From: Xanthomonas campestris pv. campestris str. ATCC 33913
GTDB taxonomy: Bacteria; Pseudomonadota; Gammaproteobacteria; Xanthomonadales; Xanthomonadaceae
Reading direction: 5' to 3'
Length of the DNA: 32,000 nt
Assembly (NCBI RefSeq): GCF_000007145.1
Contig: NC_003902.1
Coordinates: 2,336,497 to 2,368,496, forward strand
The first letter of the stretch is position 1; every line of letters begins with the position of its first letter. Positions 1 through 9,169 of the stretch are shown piece by piece. Made by a program: the position numbers and the translations under genes. Under the pieces are notes generated by a model. That model was not told the DNA's origin and searched no databases. It saw nothing but the letters and a program-made list of their open reading frames with translations.

Positions 1-231
1 ATCCGATGACGCACCTGTGTGTTGCGCAACATCCGAGTGGCCGGCATGAAGAGCGCGTGCGGATCACGCTGGATGTGCATGTGCCGATCACACGGCTTAG
101 GCCGGTACGTGGCTGTAATCCAGCGCTTACCGGTGTGGCGCCAGTTGCGCGCTCGCGCCTGGTTCGTCCGCCCATTGCCGAACGCAGAACGCGCAGTGCG
201 CCATACCTGCAGCCGGCTTCAGGAGAATGTC

Positions 232-2907
232 ATGACCCCACTTTTTTGCGTATCGCCTGCGCATTGCAGACGCGCAATACGCCACCCGTTGGCGTTGTCG
301 ATCGCGCTGCTGCTCAGCCCAGGCGTGCACGCGCAGGAGGCCGCACCCGACGGCACTGCTGCTGCGCAGCCAGCCACCGCGCAGCCAACCTCCACGCTGG
401 ATGCGGTGCAGGTGCGTGGCGTGCGCAGCAGCGTGGAAAGCGCCATTTCCACCAAGCAGGCACACAAGGAGATCAGCGATTCGATCGTGGCCGAGGACAT
501 CGGCAAGCTGCCCGACAACAGCGTTGCGGCGGCTCTGCAGCGGGTGACCGGCGTGCAGGTGGCGCGTGCCGGCGGCGAAGTGGGCCAGGTGCTGGTGCGT
601 GGCCTGCCGAACGTCGTCACCACGCTGGACGGGCGCAATGTCTTCACCACGGTGGGGCGCGACATGGAGTTGGCGGATGTGCCGGCGGAGTTGCTGCGCA
701 GCGTGGATGTGTACAAGACCACCGGTGCGCAGTTCCAGGAAGGCGGCATCGCCGGCGTGGTGGATGTGCATCTGCGGCGGCCGTTCGATTTCGACGACGA
801 CAGCACGATTGCCGGCAGCGTCAGCGCATTGCGCGGCGATCAGGCGGAAAAGACCGTGCCCAATGGCAGCCTCACCATGAGCCAGCGCTGGGAGACCGGG
901 GTGGGGCGCATGGGCGTGATGGGCAGTGTGGCCTACCAGCGTCGCCCGTATCAGGAGTCCAACACGCTCTACGGCACTTATGACCTCAAGCCGAATCCGC
1001 TGGAGCCAGCGCAGCAGCTCTACGTGCCGTACAGCGCCGGCGGGTTGATGGCGCGTGGCGACCGCAAGCGCAAGTCGGCCAATCTCTCGTTTCAGTGGGC
1101 GCCGAGCGACAACAGCGAAATCTACATCGACACCTTGTACATCGGTTACGACAACCGGCCACAGGTGAATTACTGGCTGCCATTCCCGGGGCTGGCGAAC
1201 GCGGAAAATACCGAATCGGTGAGCGTGCGCCCCGGCAGCAACGTGCTCGATGGCCTGGTGGCGCGCGATCTGCAGACGCTGTCCAGCACGCAGGCGCACA
1301 AGAACGCGTCGGACACCTACCAGGCCGCGCTGGGTGGGCGCTGGAGCGGGGAGCGCGTTAAGCTGAGCACCGAGCTGGCGTACACCTACAGCGATGCGAA
1401 GAATCGCGCATTCACGCTGGACATGGACACGCGTGCGCCGCTGCTGCACATGCGATCGGGCGGTGGCGCGGCCGATACCTGGATCACCCAACGCGATGGC
1501 AGCCCGTATGACATCACTGCGCCAGGCAACTGGGTCTTGCGCCAGTACTACGACAGCTGGAACCGGCAGCGCGGCGAAGAATGGGCCTGGCGCGGCGATG
1601 CCACCTTCGAGCTGGATGCCGGGCCGCTGACCTCGCTGGAGGTGGGCGCGCGCGCCAGCCGGCGCACCGCGACCAATCATTCCGGCGACACCGGTGCGCG
1701 CGACAACATCACCGGCGCGCCGATCCTGCTGAGCGACGTGCCCGGGCTGGCATCGGTAACGCCAGGCAACATGCTCGACGGCGCGCGCGCGTTCACCAGC
1801 GATCGCTGGGCCTCCGCCAACCAGGACGTGCTGCTGCAGCAAAGCGCACGCCTGCGGACGCTGATGGGGCAATCCCCGGAAGCGCCGCTGGAAAATCCGG
1901 CGTTGTTCTTTGATGACCGCGAAGACAACTACGCGGTCTATGCGCAGCTGAACTATGGTTTCTCGCTGGGGCCGGTGCCGGTGGATGGGCGGATCGGTGC
2001 ACGCGCGACGCGGCTGGATTCCAGCCTGGAGGGCAGCCAGTCGCTGGACGGTGTGCTGAGCCCGGTGAGCATCGATCGCCGCATCGACAAGGTGTTGCCC
2101 AACTACAGCGCCAACTTCACCTTGTACGAGAACCTGATCCTGCGCCTGGCCGGCAGCACCACCATTACGCGGCCGGAGTTTGCCGATCTGAACCCGCAGC
2201 TGGCGTTGTATCAGTCGACCGAATCGCTGCCCGCGCGCGGCAATGGCGGCAACCCGCAGCTGCGCCCGGTGGAGTCGCGCAATGCCGACCTGTCGCTGGA
2301 GTGGTACTTCCGCCCGGGATCGCTGCTGTCGCTCGCCGGCTTCCATCGGGACATCGACGGCTATATCCAGAACTACGCCGCCGATGAGCTGATCGACGGC
2401 ATCACCTATTCGATCAGCCGCCCGCGTAACACCGGGCAGGGCAGTTTGAAGGGCGTGGAGGTGGGCTATACGCAGTTCTATGACTTCTTGCCGGGCTGGT
2501 TGTCGGGCTTCGGAACCCAGCTCAACTACACCTATATTTCGGCCGAAGCCGACTCACCCGAGGGCGTCAGCCAGCCGCTGACCAATGTCTCCAAGAACGC
2601 CTACAACGCGATCTTGATGTACGAATATGCACGCTTCTCCGCGCGCGTGGCTTACAACTGGCGCGGCGATTATGCGGTGAGCTTCAACAGCTCCGGTGAC
2701 CAACCCGAGCAGATCAACCAGGGGCGCGAAAAGTGGCTGGATGTGGCGTTCAACTACGAGTTGAGCGAGCGGCTGACGGTGTTTGCCGAGGCGACCAATC
2801 TGCTGGGCACCACCACCGATAATTATTTTGCCCAACGTGGTGCGTTTCCGCGCGAAGTTGCATCGCCCGAGCGCACGTATTCGCTAGGCCTGCGCTTCCG
2901 GCTGTAA
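232..2907 (+). CDS. TonB-dependent outer-membrane receptor
   Basis: ORF 19..2907 trimmed to ATG 232, preceded by AGGAGA (221-226). Signal peptide ends ...LLLSPGVHAQEA. Plug-domain motifs are present (DAVQVRG; SIVAEDIGKLPDNSVAAALQRVTGVQV), followed by a long beta-barrel ending ...YSLGLRFRL. Confidence 0.9.
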   Translation: MTPLFCVSPAHCRRAIRHPLALSIALLLSPGVHAQEAAPDGTAAAQPATAQPTSTLDAVQVRGVRSSVESAISTKQAHKEISDSIVAEDIGKLPDNSVAAALQRVTGVQVARAGGEVGQVLVRGLPNVVTTLDGRNVFTTVGRDMELADVPAELLRSVDVYKTTGAQFQEGGIAGVVDVHLRRPFDFDDDSTIAGSVSALRGDQAEKTVPNGSLTMSQRWETGVGRMGVMGSVAYQRRPYQESNTLYGTYDLKPNPLEPAQQLYVPYSAGGLMARGDRKRKSANLSFQWAPSDNSEIYIDTLYIGYDNRPQVNYWLPFPGLANAENTESVSVRPGSNVLDGLVARDLQTLSSTQAHKNASDTYQAALGGRWSGERVKLSTELAYTYSDAKNRAFTLDMDTRAPLLHMRSGGGAADTWITQRDGSPYDITAPGNWVLRQYYDSWNRQRGEEWAWRGDATFELDAGPLTSLEVGARASRRTATNHSGDTGARDNITGAPILLSDVPGLASVTPGNMLDGARAFTSDRWASANQDVLLQQSARLRTLMGQSPEAPLENPALFFDDREDNYAVYAQLNYGFSLGPVPVDGRIGARATRLDSSLEGSQSLDGVLSPVSIDRRIDKVLPNYSANFTLYENLILRLAGSTTITRPEFADLNPQLALYQSTESLPARGNGGNPQLRPVESRNADLSLEWYFRPGSLLSLAGFHRDIDGYIQNYAADELIDGITYSISRPRNTGQGSLKGVEVGYTQFYDFLPGWLSGFGTQLNYTYISAEADSPEGVSQPLTNVSKNAYNAILMYEYARFSARVAYNWRGDYAVSFNSSGDQPEQINQGREKWLDVAFNYELSERLTVFAEATNLLGTTTDNYFAQRGAFPREVASPERTYSLGLRFRL

Positions 2908-2987
2908 CGCGCGCTCGACCGCGTGGGAGGCACGTTGGCGCCAAGCTCACCCGCTGCTGGGTAGCGTGGACGCGTAAAGGAGACCCC

Positions 2988-3203
2988 ATGACCCCTGATA
3001 TCGACGCACAACTGAAAACACTGGCCGACGAACTCCCCGAGCTGCGGCGGCGGCATCCCGATGACTTCTGGGATGTGTTCCATGCACGCGCAGAGGCCAT
3101 TACCGCTGCGGTGCAGAGCAAAGAGGATGCCGCGCAGGTGACCAAGCGCATCGACGACATGCTTGCGGCCAACCAACTTGGGCCGGCGGACCCTGGCGCT
3201 TAG
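2988..3203 (+). CDS. small hypothetical protein (71 aa)
   Basis: ATG preceded by AAGGAGA (2977-2983). GC3-rich codon usage. A strong hairpin follows. No family recognised. Confidence 0.5.
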   Translation: MTPDIDAQLKTLADELPELRRRHPDDFWDVFHARAEAITAAVQSKEDAAQVTKRIDDMLAANQLGPADPGA

Positions 3204-3246
3204 CACCGATGGTGTAACGCGCATTCTTGACGCAGATGCGTGATGG

Positions 3247-3278
3247 ATACAGATCGCCGCTCTTGCGGCGATCTGTAT
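3247..3278 (+). terminator. intrinsic terminator-like hairpin between convergent genes
   Basis: Perfect 14-bp stem ATACAGATCGCCGC / GCGGCGATCTGTAT with loop TCTT, followed by TT. It lies between the 2988..3203(+) and 3341..4219(-) genes. Confidence 0.6.
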
Positions 3279-3340
3279 TTGCAGCGAGAGATGTGGCAGA
3301 AATCGGTCAAGCGACGGTGCTCGCATGACCGGCGCCAGGC

Positions 3341-4219
3341 TTATTCGCCGTTGATGCGTCCACTTTCGCCCGCGCGGTACAACGTGCCTGCGGGATCGAC
3401 GGCAGCGCGATCCTGTTGTTGGGTCTTGGACCGCATGGCGGAGAGTGCATCCGCCACGCGCGGCATCAGCCGGGTCACGGTGATATTTGCATTGGCCATC
3501 GCGCCCACCTTGACGTCGCGGCCGCCGTGTTCGGCCGCATGCAGGATGGCGTTGGCAACGCGCATCGGTTCGATCAGCGGCGGCGGTAGTTGCGGTTCTG
3601 CTTGCATGTAGTTGCGCGCATGCTGCGGATAAGGCGTGTCCACCGCGGTGGGTTGAATCAGCACCACCGACACCGGCTGTTTGGCCAGGCCTTCGATCTC
3701 GATGCGCAGGCTGTCGGTGAAGCCTTTCACCGCATGCTTGGATGCCGAATACATGCCTTGCCAGGGGACCACGGCCTCCGAGGCTTCGCTGCCGATGTTG
3801 ATCAATGCGCCGCCGCTTGCGGCCAGGTGCGGGAGCGCGATGCGCGAGCCATAGACCACGCCCCAGAAATTGATATCGAACATGCGCCGGCTGTCGTGAT
3901 CGTCTACGTCCTGTAACAGGCCGAAGATCGCCACGCCGGCATTGTTGACCCAGGTGTCGATGCGGCCGAAGCGTGCGATTGCCGTGTCTGCGGCGTGTTG
4001 CAGCTGCGCCGGTTCGGTGACGTCGGCGACCACGGCGATGGCCTGGTGGCCCTGTGTGGTGAGCAGGTCGGCCACTTCCTGCAGCACACCGGCGCTGCGC
4101 GCGACCAGGACGACACTGGCGCCTGCTTCGGCGGCGGCCAGCGCGGTGCACAGGCCGATGCCGCTGGAGGCACCGGTGATGACAATGACCTGCTGGTGGA
4201 GAGGGCGATGCTTGGCCAT
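3341..4219 (-). CDS. short-chain dehydrogenase/reductase (classical SDR)
   Basis: N-terminal TGASSGIG cofactor motif and catalytic YSASK (GMYSASKHAVKG). GGAG lies upstream of the ATG. Confidence 0.9.
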   Translation of the reverse strand: MAKHRPLHQQVIVITGASSGIGLCTALAAAEAGASVVLVARSAGVLQEVADLLTTQGHQAIAVVADVTEPAQLQHAADTAIARFGRIDTWVNNAGVAIFGLLQDVDDHDSRRMFDINFWGVVYGSRIALPHLAASGGALINIGSEASEAVVPWQGMYSASKHAVKGFTDSLRIEIEGLAKQPVSVVLIQPTAVDTPYPQHARNYMQAEPQLPPPLIEPMRVANAILHAAEHGGRDVKVGAMANANITVTRLMPRVADALSAMRSKTQQQDRAAVDPAGTLYRAGESGRINGE

Positions 4220-4428
4220 GGCGTAGCTCCGTGGAAAGTCCTAGACGCTAGGCACGCGTTGCTCATTACGCAGTGAAGCCAGTCTCGAGCATCTTCACGT
4301 GCGTCGCGCGCAGCGGCAGGTGTGAAGTCTGCGCATGCGCCGGGGGCGCATGTGGAGTGCGATTCACGTGCTGCTGCGTGCACCGAGTTCAGCGTGCCAG
4401 GCATCACCGCAACAAGAGCAGACAGGCA

Positions 4429-5787
4429 ATGACGATGCACGCGTCTACCACCGACCATGTTGGGCACGCAGCGCAGCGTCTGCGCGATGACGCTGCGGAC
4501 GCGACAGCGGAGACCCAAGGACGGATTGCACAGGCACCGCAGCGCGATGTGCTCCCGGCCTTGCTGCGAGACGGCTATGCCTTTGTGTCCAGACACTGCG
4601 ACGCGCTGGGCAGCGATGCGTTTCAGGCACGTCTGGCGCTGCAACAAGTGGTGTTCGCGCGCGGGCCGGATGCGCTCGCCACCTTCTATCACCCAGGCCG
4701 CTTCACCCGCGTTGGCGCGATGCCGCCGACCACGCTGCGCTTGTTGCAGGGACGCGGCAGCGTGCAGCAGCTCGATGGCGATGCGCACCTGCAGCGTAAG
4801 CGCCTGTTCCTGTCGGTGCTGACACCTGCCGAAACCTCGCGGCTGGTGGCGTGCTTCGAGGAGGAGTGGAGCCGGCAGGCAGACACCTGGGCGCGTAGCG
4901 CACACATCATCCTGCAGCAGGAAGCCGAACACGTGCTCTGCCGCGCCGCGTGCCGATGGGCGGGGCTGCCTCTGCGCGCGCAACAGAGCAGGCCACTTGC
5001 ACGCGACCTGGGTGCGATGATCGATGGCGCGGGGGCGTTCGGGCCACGTTGGGTGCGCGGATGGCGCGGCCGTCGCCGTGTGGAGCGTTGGGTGGCACGT
5101 GCGGTTCGCAATGTGCGGCGTGCCGGGACAGCGCCCGAGGCCAGCATCGCAGCCACAGTCGCCTGGCACCGCGATGCGGACGGCGTGCTGTTGAGCGTGC
5201 ACACTGCGGTAACCGAGCTGATCAACCTGTTGCGCCCGATCGTGGCCGTGGCGCGCTGGATCAGCTTCTGCGCGCTTGCCCTGCATGAGCATCCGCCGCT
5301 GCGCTCGCGCCTGCGCGCCGGTGAGCCCGGTCTGTTGCAGAACACTGTGCAGGAAGTGCGCCGCTTCTATCCTTTTTTTCCGCTAATTGGAGGGCGGGTG
5401 CGCATGCCGTTTGTCTGGCGAGACCGGCATTTCAAGCAGGGGGACTGGATGATGGTGGATCTGTATGGCACCAATCATCATCCTGCGGTCTGGCGCGATC
5501 CCGAGCGTTTCGATCCCTCGCGTTTCGAGCACTGGAAAGGCAGCCGCTACGACTTCGTGGCGCAGGGCGGCGGCAGTGTCGAACGCGACCATCGCTGCCC
5601 CGGGGAAAACCCGAGCATCGCACTGCTGATGTCTGCGCTCAGCCTGCTGGCATCCAGCGATTACACGTTAGCGCCGCAGGATCTGCGCTACCCATTGAAT
5701 CGTTTTCCAACGCTGCCGCGCAGCGGCGTGGTGCTACGCGATTTTATTCCGCCGGTGTCGGTAGGCGGCGTTGTCCAGAGTGCGTGA
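4429..5787 (+). CDS. cytochrome P450, CYP152-type fatty-acid peroxygenase
   Basis: ORF 4273..5787 trimmed to ATG 4429 (ATG 4435 is also possible). Cys-ligand loop HRCPGE, the FYPFFP motif, and the distal-side motif QQLDGDAHLQRKRLF typical of peroxygenase P450s. Confidence 0.8.
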   Translation: MTMHASTTDHVGHAAQRLRDDAADATAETQGRIAQAPQRDVLPALLRDGYAFVSRHCDALGSDAFQARLALQQVVFARGPDALATFYHPGRFTRVGAMPPTTLRLLQGRGSVQQLDGDAHLQRKRLFLSVLTPAETSRLVACFEEEWSRQADTWARSAHIILQQEAEHVLCRAACRWAGLPLRAQQSRPLARDLGAMIDGAGAFGPRWVRGWRGRRRVERWVARAVRNVRRAGTAPEASIAATVAWHRDADGVLLSVHTAVTELINLLRPIVAVARWISFCALALHEHPPLRSRLRAGEPGLLQNTVQEVRRFYPFFPLIGGRVRMPFVWRDRHFKQGDWMMVDLYGTNHHPAVWRDPERFDPSRFEHWKGSRYDFVAQGGGSVERDHRCPGENPSIALLMSALSLLASSDYTLAPQDLRYPLNRFPTLPRSGVVLRDFIPPVSVGGVVQSA

Positions 5788-5900
5788 GGGGGTGTTGCGC
5801 CGCAACAGCCTTTCTTCGCCATGTCTCGACATGCGCTCGACGAGCGAGTCACGCCGCGCGGGCCAGCATCCTTGCACCACATCCCTTTGGAGAACTGCCC

Positions 5901-6479
5901 ATGAAAACTGCATCCCCACTCCTGGCCGGCCTGGCATTGTCGCTTGGACTTGCGATGAGCGCGCAGGCACAGACCGCTACCCAGCCCGGCAGTAACACGG
6001 CACCTAAAAGTGCAGCCACCGCCGCGCCCAGCGAAGACGAGCAGGAAGCACTAGGGATGCTCAGCGCGATCAATACCAGTGAGATCAACGCGGCCAATCT
6101 GGCGCTGCAGAAGCAGGCCACCGGCGGGGTGCGTGATTACGCCACGCGCATGATCAAGGAGCACACCGAGAACAATCAGAAGATCGCCAAGTGGTCGCCG
6201 GATACCTCTGCGATGGGTGCCAAGCTGCAGATGACCAAGGGCAAGGCAGAGCTGAGCAAACTGCAAAAGCTCGAGGGCGACCAATTCCAGGTCGCCTACA
6301 TCAAGGCGATGGTCAAGGACCACACCGACGCACTGGAAGCACTGGATAAGAAACTGATCCCGGCAGCGCAAAACCCGCAGGTGGCCGAGCACCTGAAGAC
6401 CACGCGCCATCACGTGGCCGACCATCTCGCCGCCGCCAAGGCCCTGCAAACCACCACCAAGAATGCCGGGGTGCAGTAA
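5901..6479 (+). CDS. DUF4142-like secreted protein
   Basis: ORF trimmed to ATG 5901. Signal peptide MKTASPLLAGLALSLGLAMSAQAQ. Internal repeat pattern ...YATRMIKEHTEN... / ...YIKAMVKDHTDA... is typical of DUF4142. Confidence 0.75.
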   Translation: MKTASPLLAGLALSLGLAMSAQAQTATQPGSNTAPKSAATAAPSEDEQEALGMLSAINTSEINAANLALQKQATGGVRDYATRMIKEHTENNQKIAKWSPDTSAMGAKLQMTKGKAELSKLQKLEGDQFQVAYIKAMVKDHTDALEALDKKLIPAAQNPQVAEHLKTTRHHVADHLAAAKALQTTTKNAGVQ

Positions 6480-6482
6480 GCC

Positions 6483-7028
6483 ATGAGCCTGACCCCGACC
6501 AACCCGGTGGCCGCCGATGCGCAGGGCACACACATCGTGCGGAGCATGACCATCCGCGCCGAGCCGCATCAGATCCTGGACGCGTGGTGCGATGCCACGG
6601 TGCAGCAGCGCTTGCTCGAGGGCGCCGCCGTGTTGGTCGATGGGGACGGCCACGCGTCCGAATGGGAATTGCGCGCGCCGCTGCAGCAGCAACTACGCGT
6701 GCAGCTACGTCGCGCCGAGGCACGGTTGGGGGAATCGGTGCGCTACATCGCCGAGGGCGAGCATGGCCTGCAAGTCGACGTCCTGCTGCAGGTGCGGCCC
6801 GCACGTGGGCGTGATGCCAGCGAGGTCACCGCCACGCTGCATTACGCGGTGGAGGGCGTGATCGCGCAGCTGTTTACCAAGCTGGTGAACCCAGCGCCCT
6901 ACGTGCTGCTGGGCAAGACATTGCGGCGGCTGCGCGCATGGCTGGAGGCAGGGGAGATTCCGCCCCTGGCGCACACGCCCGCGGCACGTGGCGACAAACA
7001 TTCCCAGCCAACAGGAGAACAGCTGTGA
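6483..7028 (+). CDS. SRPBCC (cyclase/dehydrase-like) family protein
   Basis: Starts 4 nt after the upstream stop codon. Size and N-terminal pattern (IVRSMTIRAEPHQILDAW) fit the START/SRPBCC fold. The call is moderate. Confidence 0.6.
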   Translation: MSLTPTNPVAADAQGTHIVRSMTIRAEPHQILDAWCDATVQQRLLEGAAVLVDGDGHASEWELRAPLQQQLRVQLRRAEARLGESVRYIAEGEHGLQVDVLLQVRPARGRDASEVTATLHYAVEGVIAQLFTKLVNPAPYVLLGKTLRRLRAWLEAGEIPPLAHTPAARGDKHSQPTGEQL

Positions 7029-8194
7029 GAGCACTGTGCTGGAACGGCGTCAACGACCTGCGTGTGGAAACGGTGCCCGACCCGGTGCTGGTCAATCCAC
7101 GCGATGTCATCCTGAAAGTGGGCTTGAGCACCACCTGCGGTTCGGATCTGCATTTCATCGACGGCTATCTGCCCACCATGCGCGAGGGCGATGTCATCGG
7201 CCATGAGTTCATGGGCACGGTGGTGGAAGTGGGGCCGGCAGTGAAGAACGTGCGGGTGGGGCAACGCGTGGTAGTGCCCTCGTTTATTTCGTGCGGCGGC
7301 TGCTGGCATTGCGAGCGCAAGGAATATTCCCTGTGCGACAACACCAACCCGCACTGGGAAATGCAGGAGTCGCTGCTGGGTCACCCCACCGCCGGTATTT
7401 ACGGCTATACGCACGCCTTCGGCGGCTACGCCGGTTCGCATGCCACCTATATCCGGGTGCCGCATGCCGACGTTGGCTGCTTCGAAGTGCCGGACGAGGT
7501 GTCCGATGAGGACGCCTTATTTTTGTCCGATGCCGGGCCGACCGGCTTCATGGGTGCGGACTTCTGCAACATCCAGCCGGGCGATACGGTGGCGGTCTGG
7601 GGCTGTGGCGGCGTCGGCCTGATGGCGCAGCAGAGTGCACGCATTCTCGGGGCAGAGCGGGTGATTGCGATCGATCGCCTGCCCGAGCGCCTGGCCATGG
7701 CGCGCGATGTGCTGGGTGTGGAGGTCATCGACTATTCGACTGTCGACAGCGTGGTGGATGTGCTGCGCGAAATGACCGGCGGGCGCGGGCCAGACGCCTG
7801 CATCGATGCAGTGGGCATGGAGGCCCATGGCACCGGCATGGGGCATGCCTATGACCGCGTGAAGCAGGCGCTGCATCTGCATACCGACCGCGGCCAGGCG
7901 TTGCGCGAGGCGATCCTGGCCTGCCGCAAGGGCGGCATCCTGTCCGTGCTGGGCGTGTATGGGCTGATGGATAAATTCCCGCTCGGCGCGGTCATGAACA
8001 AGGGGCTGACCATGCGCACCGCGCAACAGCATGGGCAGTTGTATGTGCCCAGATTGCTGGACCTGGCCCGCGCAGGCCGGCTCAAATCGAGCTTCCTGAT
8101 GACCCACAAGATGCCGCTGGAAGAGGCCGCACGCGGCTATGAGATGTTCAAGCACAAGCACGAAGGCTGCGTGCGCGCGGCGTTTGTTCCGTAA
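7025..8194 (+). CDS. zinc-dependent alcohol dehydrogenase family protein
   Basis: GTG 7025 overlaps the upstream stop (GTGA). Catalytic Zn motif GHEFMGTVVEVG, structural Zn Cys cluster CGGCWHCERKEYSLC, and Rossmann motif WGCGGVG. Confidence 0.9.
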   Translation: MRALCWNGVNDLRVETVPDPVLVNPRDVILKVGLSTTCGSDLHFIDGYLPTMREGDVIGHEFMGTVVEVGPAVKNVRVGQRVVVPSFISCGGCWHCERKEYSLCDNTNPHWEMQESLLGHPTAGIYGYTHAFGGYAGSHATYIRVPHADVGCFEVPDEVSDEDALFLSDAGPTGFMGADFCNIQPGDTVAVWGCGGVGLMAQQSARILGAERVIAIDRLPERLAMARDVLGVEVIDYSTVDSVVDVLREMTGGRGPDACIDAVGMEAHGTGMGHAYDRVKQALHLHTDRGQALREAILACRKGGILSVLGVYGLMDKFPLGAVMNKGLTMRTAQQHGQLYVPRLLDLARAGRLKSSFLMTHKMPLEEAARGYEMFKHKHEGCVRAAFVP

Positions 8195-8221
8195 GTTGGT
8201 CAGTGATTGATGGCATTCCGT

Positions 8222-8248
8222 TGCCCCGCTGCAACTGCAGGCGGGGCA
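8222..8248. terminator. GC-rich hairpin between convergent genes
   Basis: TGCCCCGC / GCGGGGCA 8-bp stem with an 11-nt loop. It is followed on + by CTCGTGTTT and sits between the stops at 8194 (+) and 8256 (-). Confidence 0.4.
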
Positions 8249-8255
8249 CTCGTGT

Positions 8256-9011
<756 letters not shown>

Positions 9012-9169
9012 GCGGTCTCCTTCGATACAGGGGTTGCCAAGGCTAAGGATGCGAGGGGTTCGCTGCGCGTGAGTGCGCACCGGTGCACACGCGCAGCTTC
9101 ACCTCGCTTGAGCATCGAGTTAATGCGTTAGACGCGATGCTCTTGATCCACGCCAGCGGCCGCTCGCCC

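Noticed and set aside
127-2346. 739-aa ORF on the minus strand, antisense to the TonB-dependent receptor
   Set aside because: Arg/Ala/Gly/Gln-rich with no recognisable motifs, and fully nested antisense to a gene with clear family signatures. This is a typical high-GC shadow ORF.
2823-5292. Minus-strand ORFs 2823..4151 (442 aa) and 3904..5292 (462 aa)
   Set aside because: They overlap the SDR in another frame and the P450 antisense. The composition is dominated by R/A/G/P and no start context is visible.
5373-5379. T7 homopolymer tracts inside the P450 gene (5373-5379) and narK (16644-16650) as possible slipped-strand phase-variation sites
   Set aside because: They encode conserved Phe-rich motifs (FYPFFP; MFFYS). 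The tracts are short and there is no evidence of frame disruption.
5793-5807. Palindrome TGTTGC-GCC-GCAACA after the P450 stop, as a terminator
   Set aside because: A 6-bp stem with a 3-nt loop, followed by only CCTTTCTT. Marginal stability, so it is not listed as a feature.
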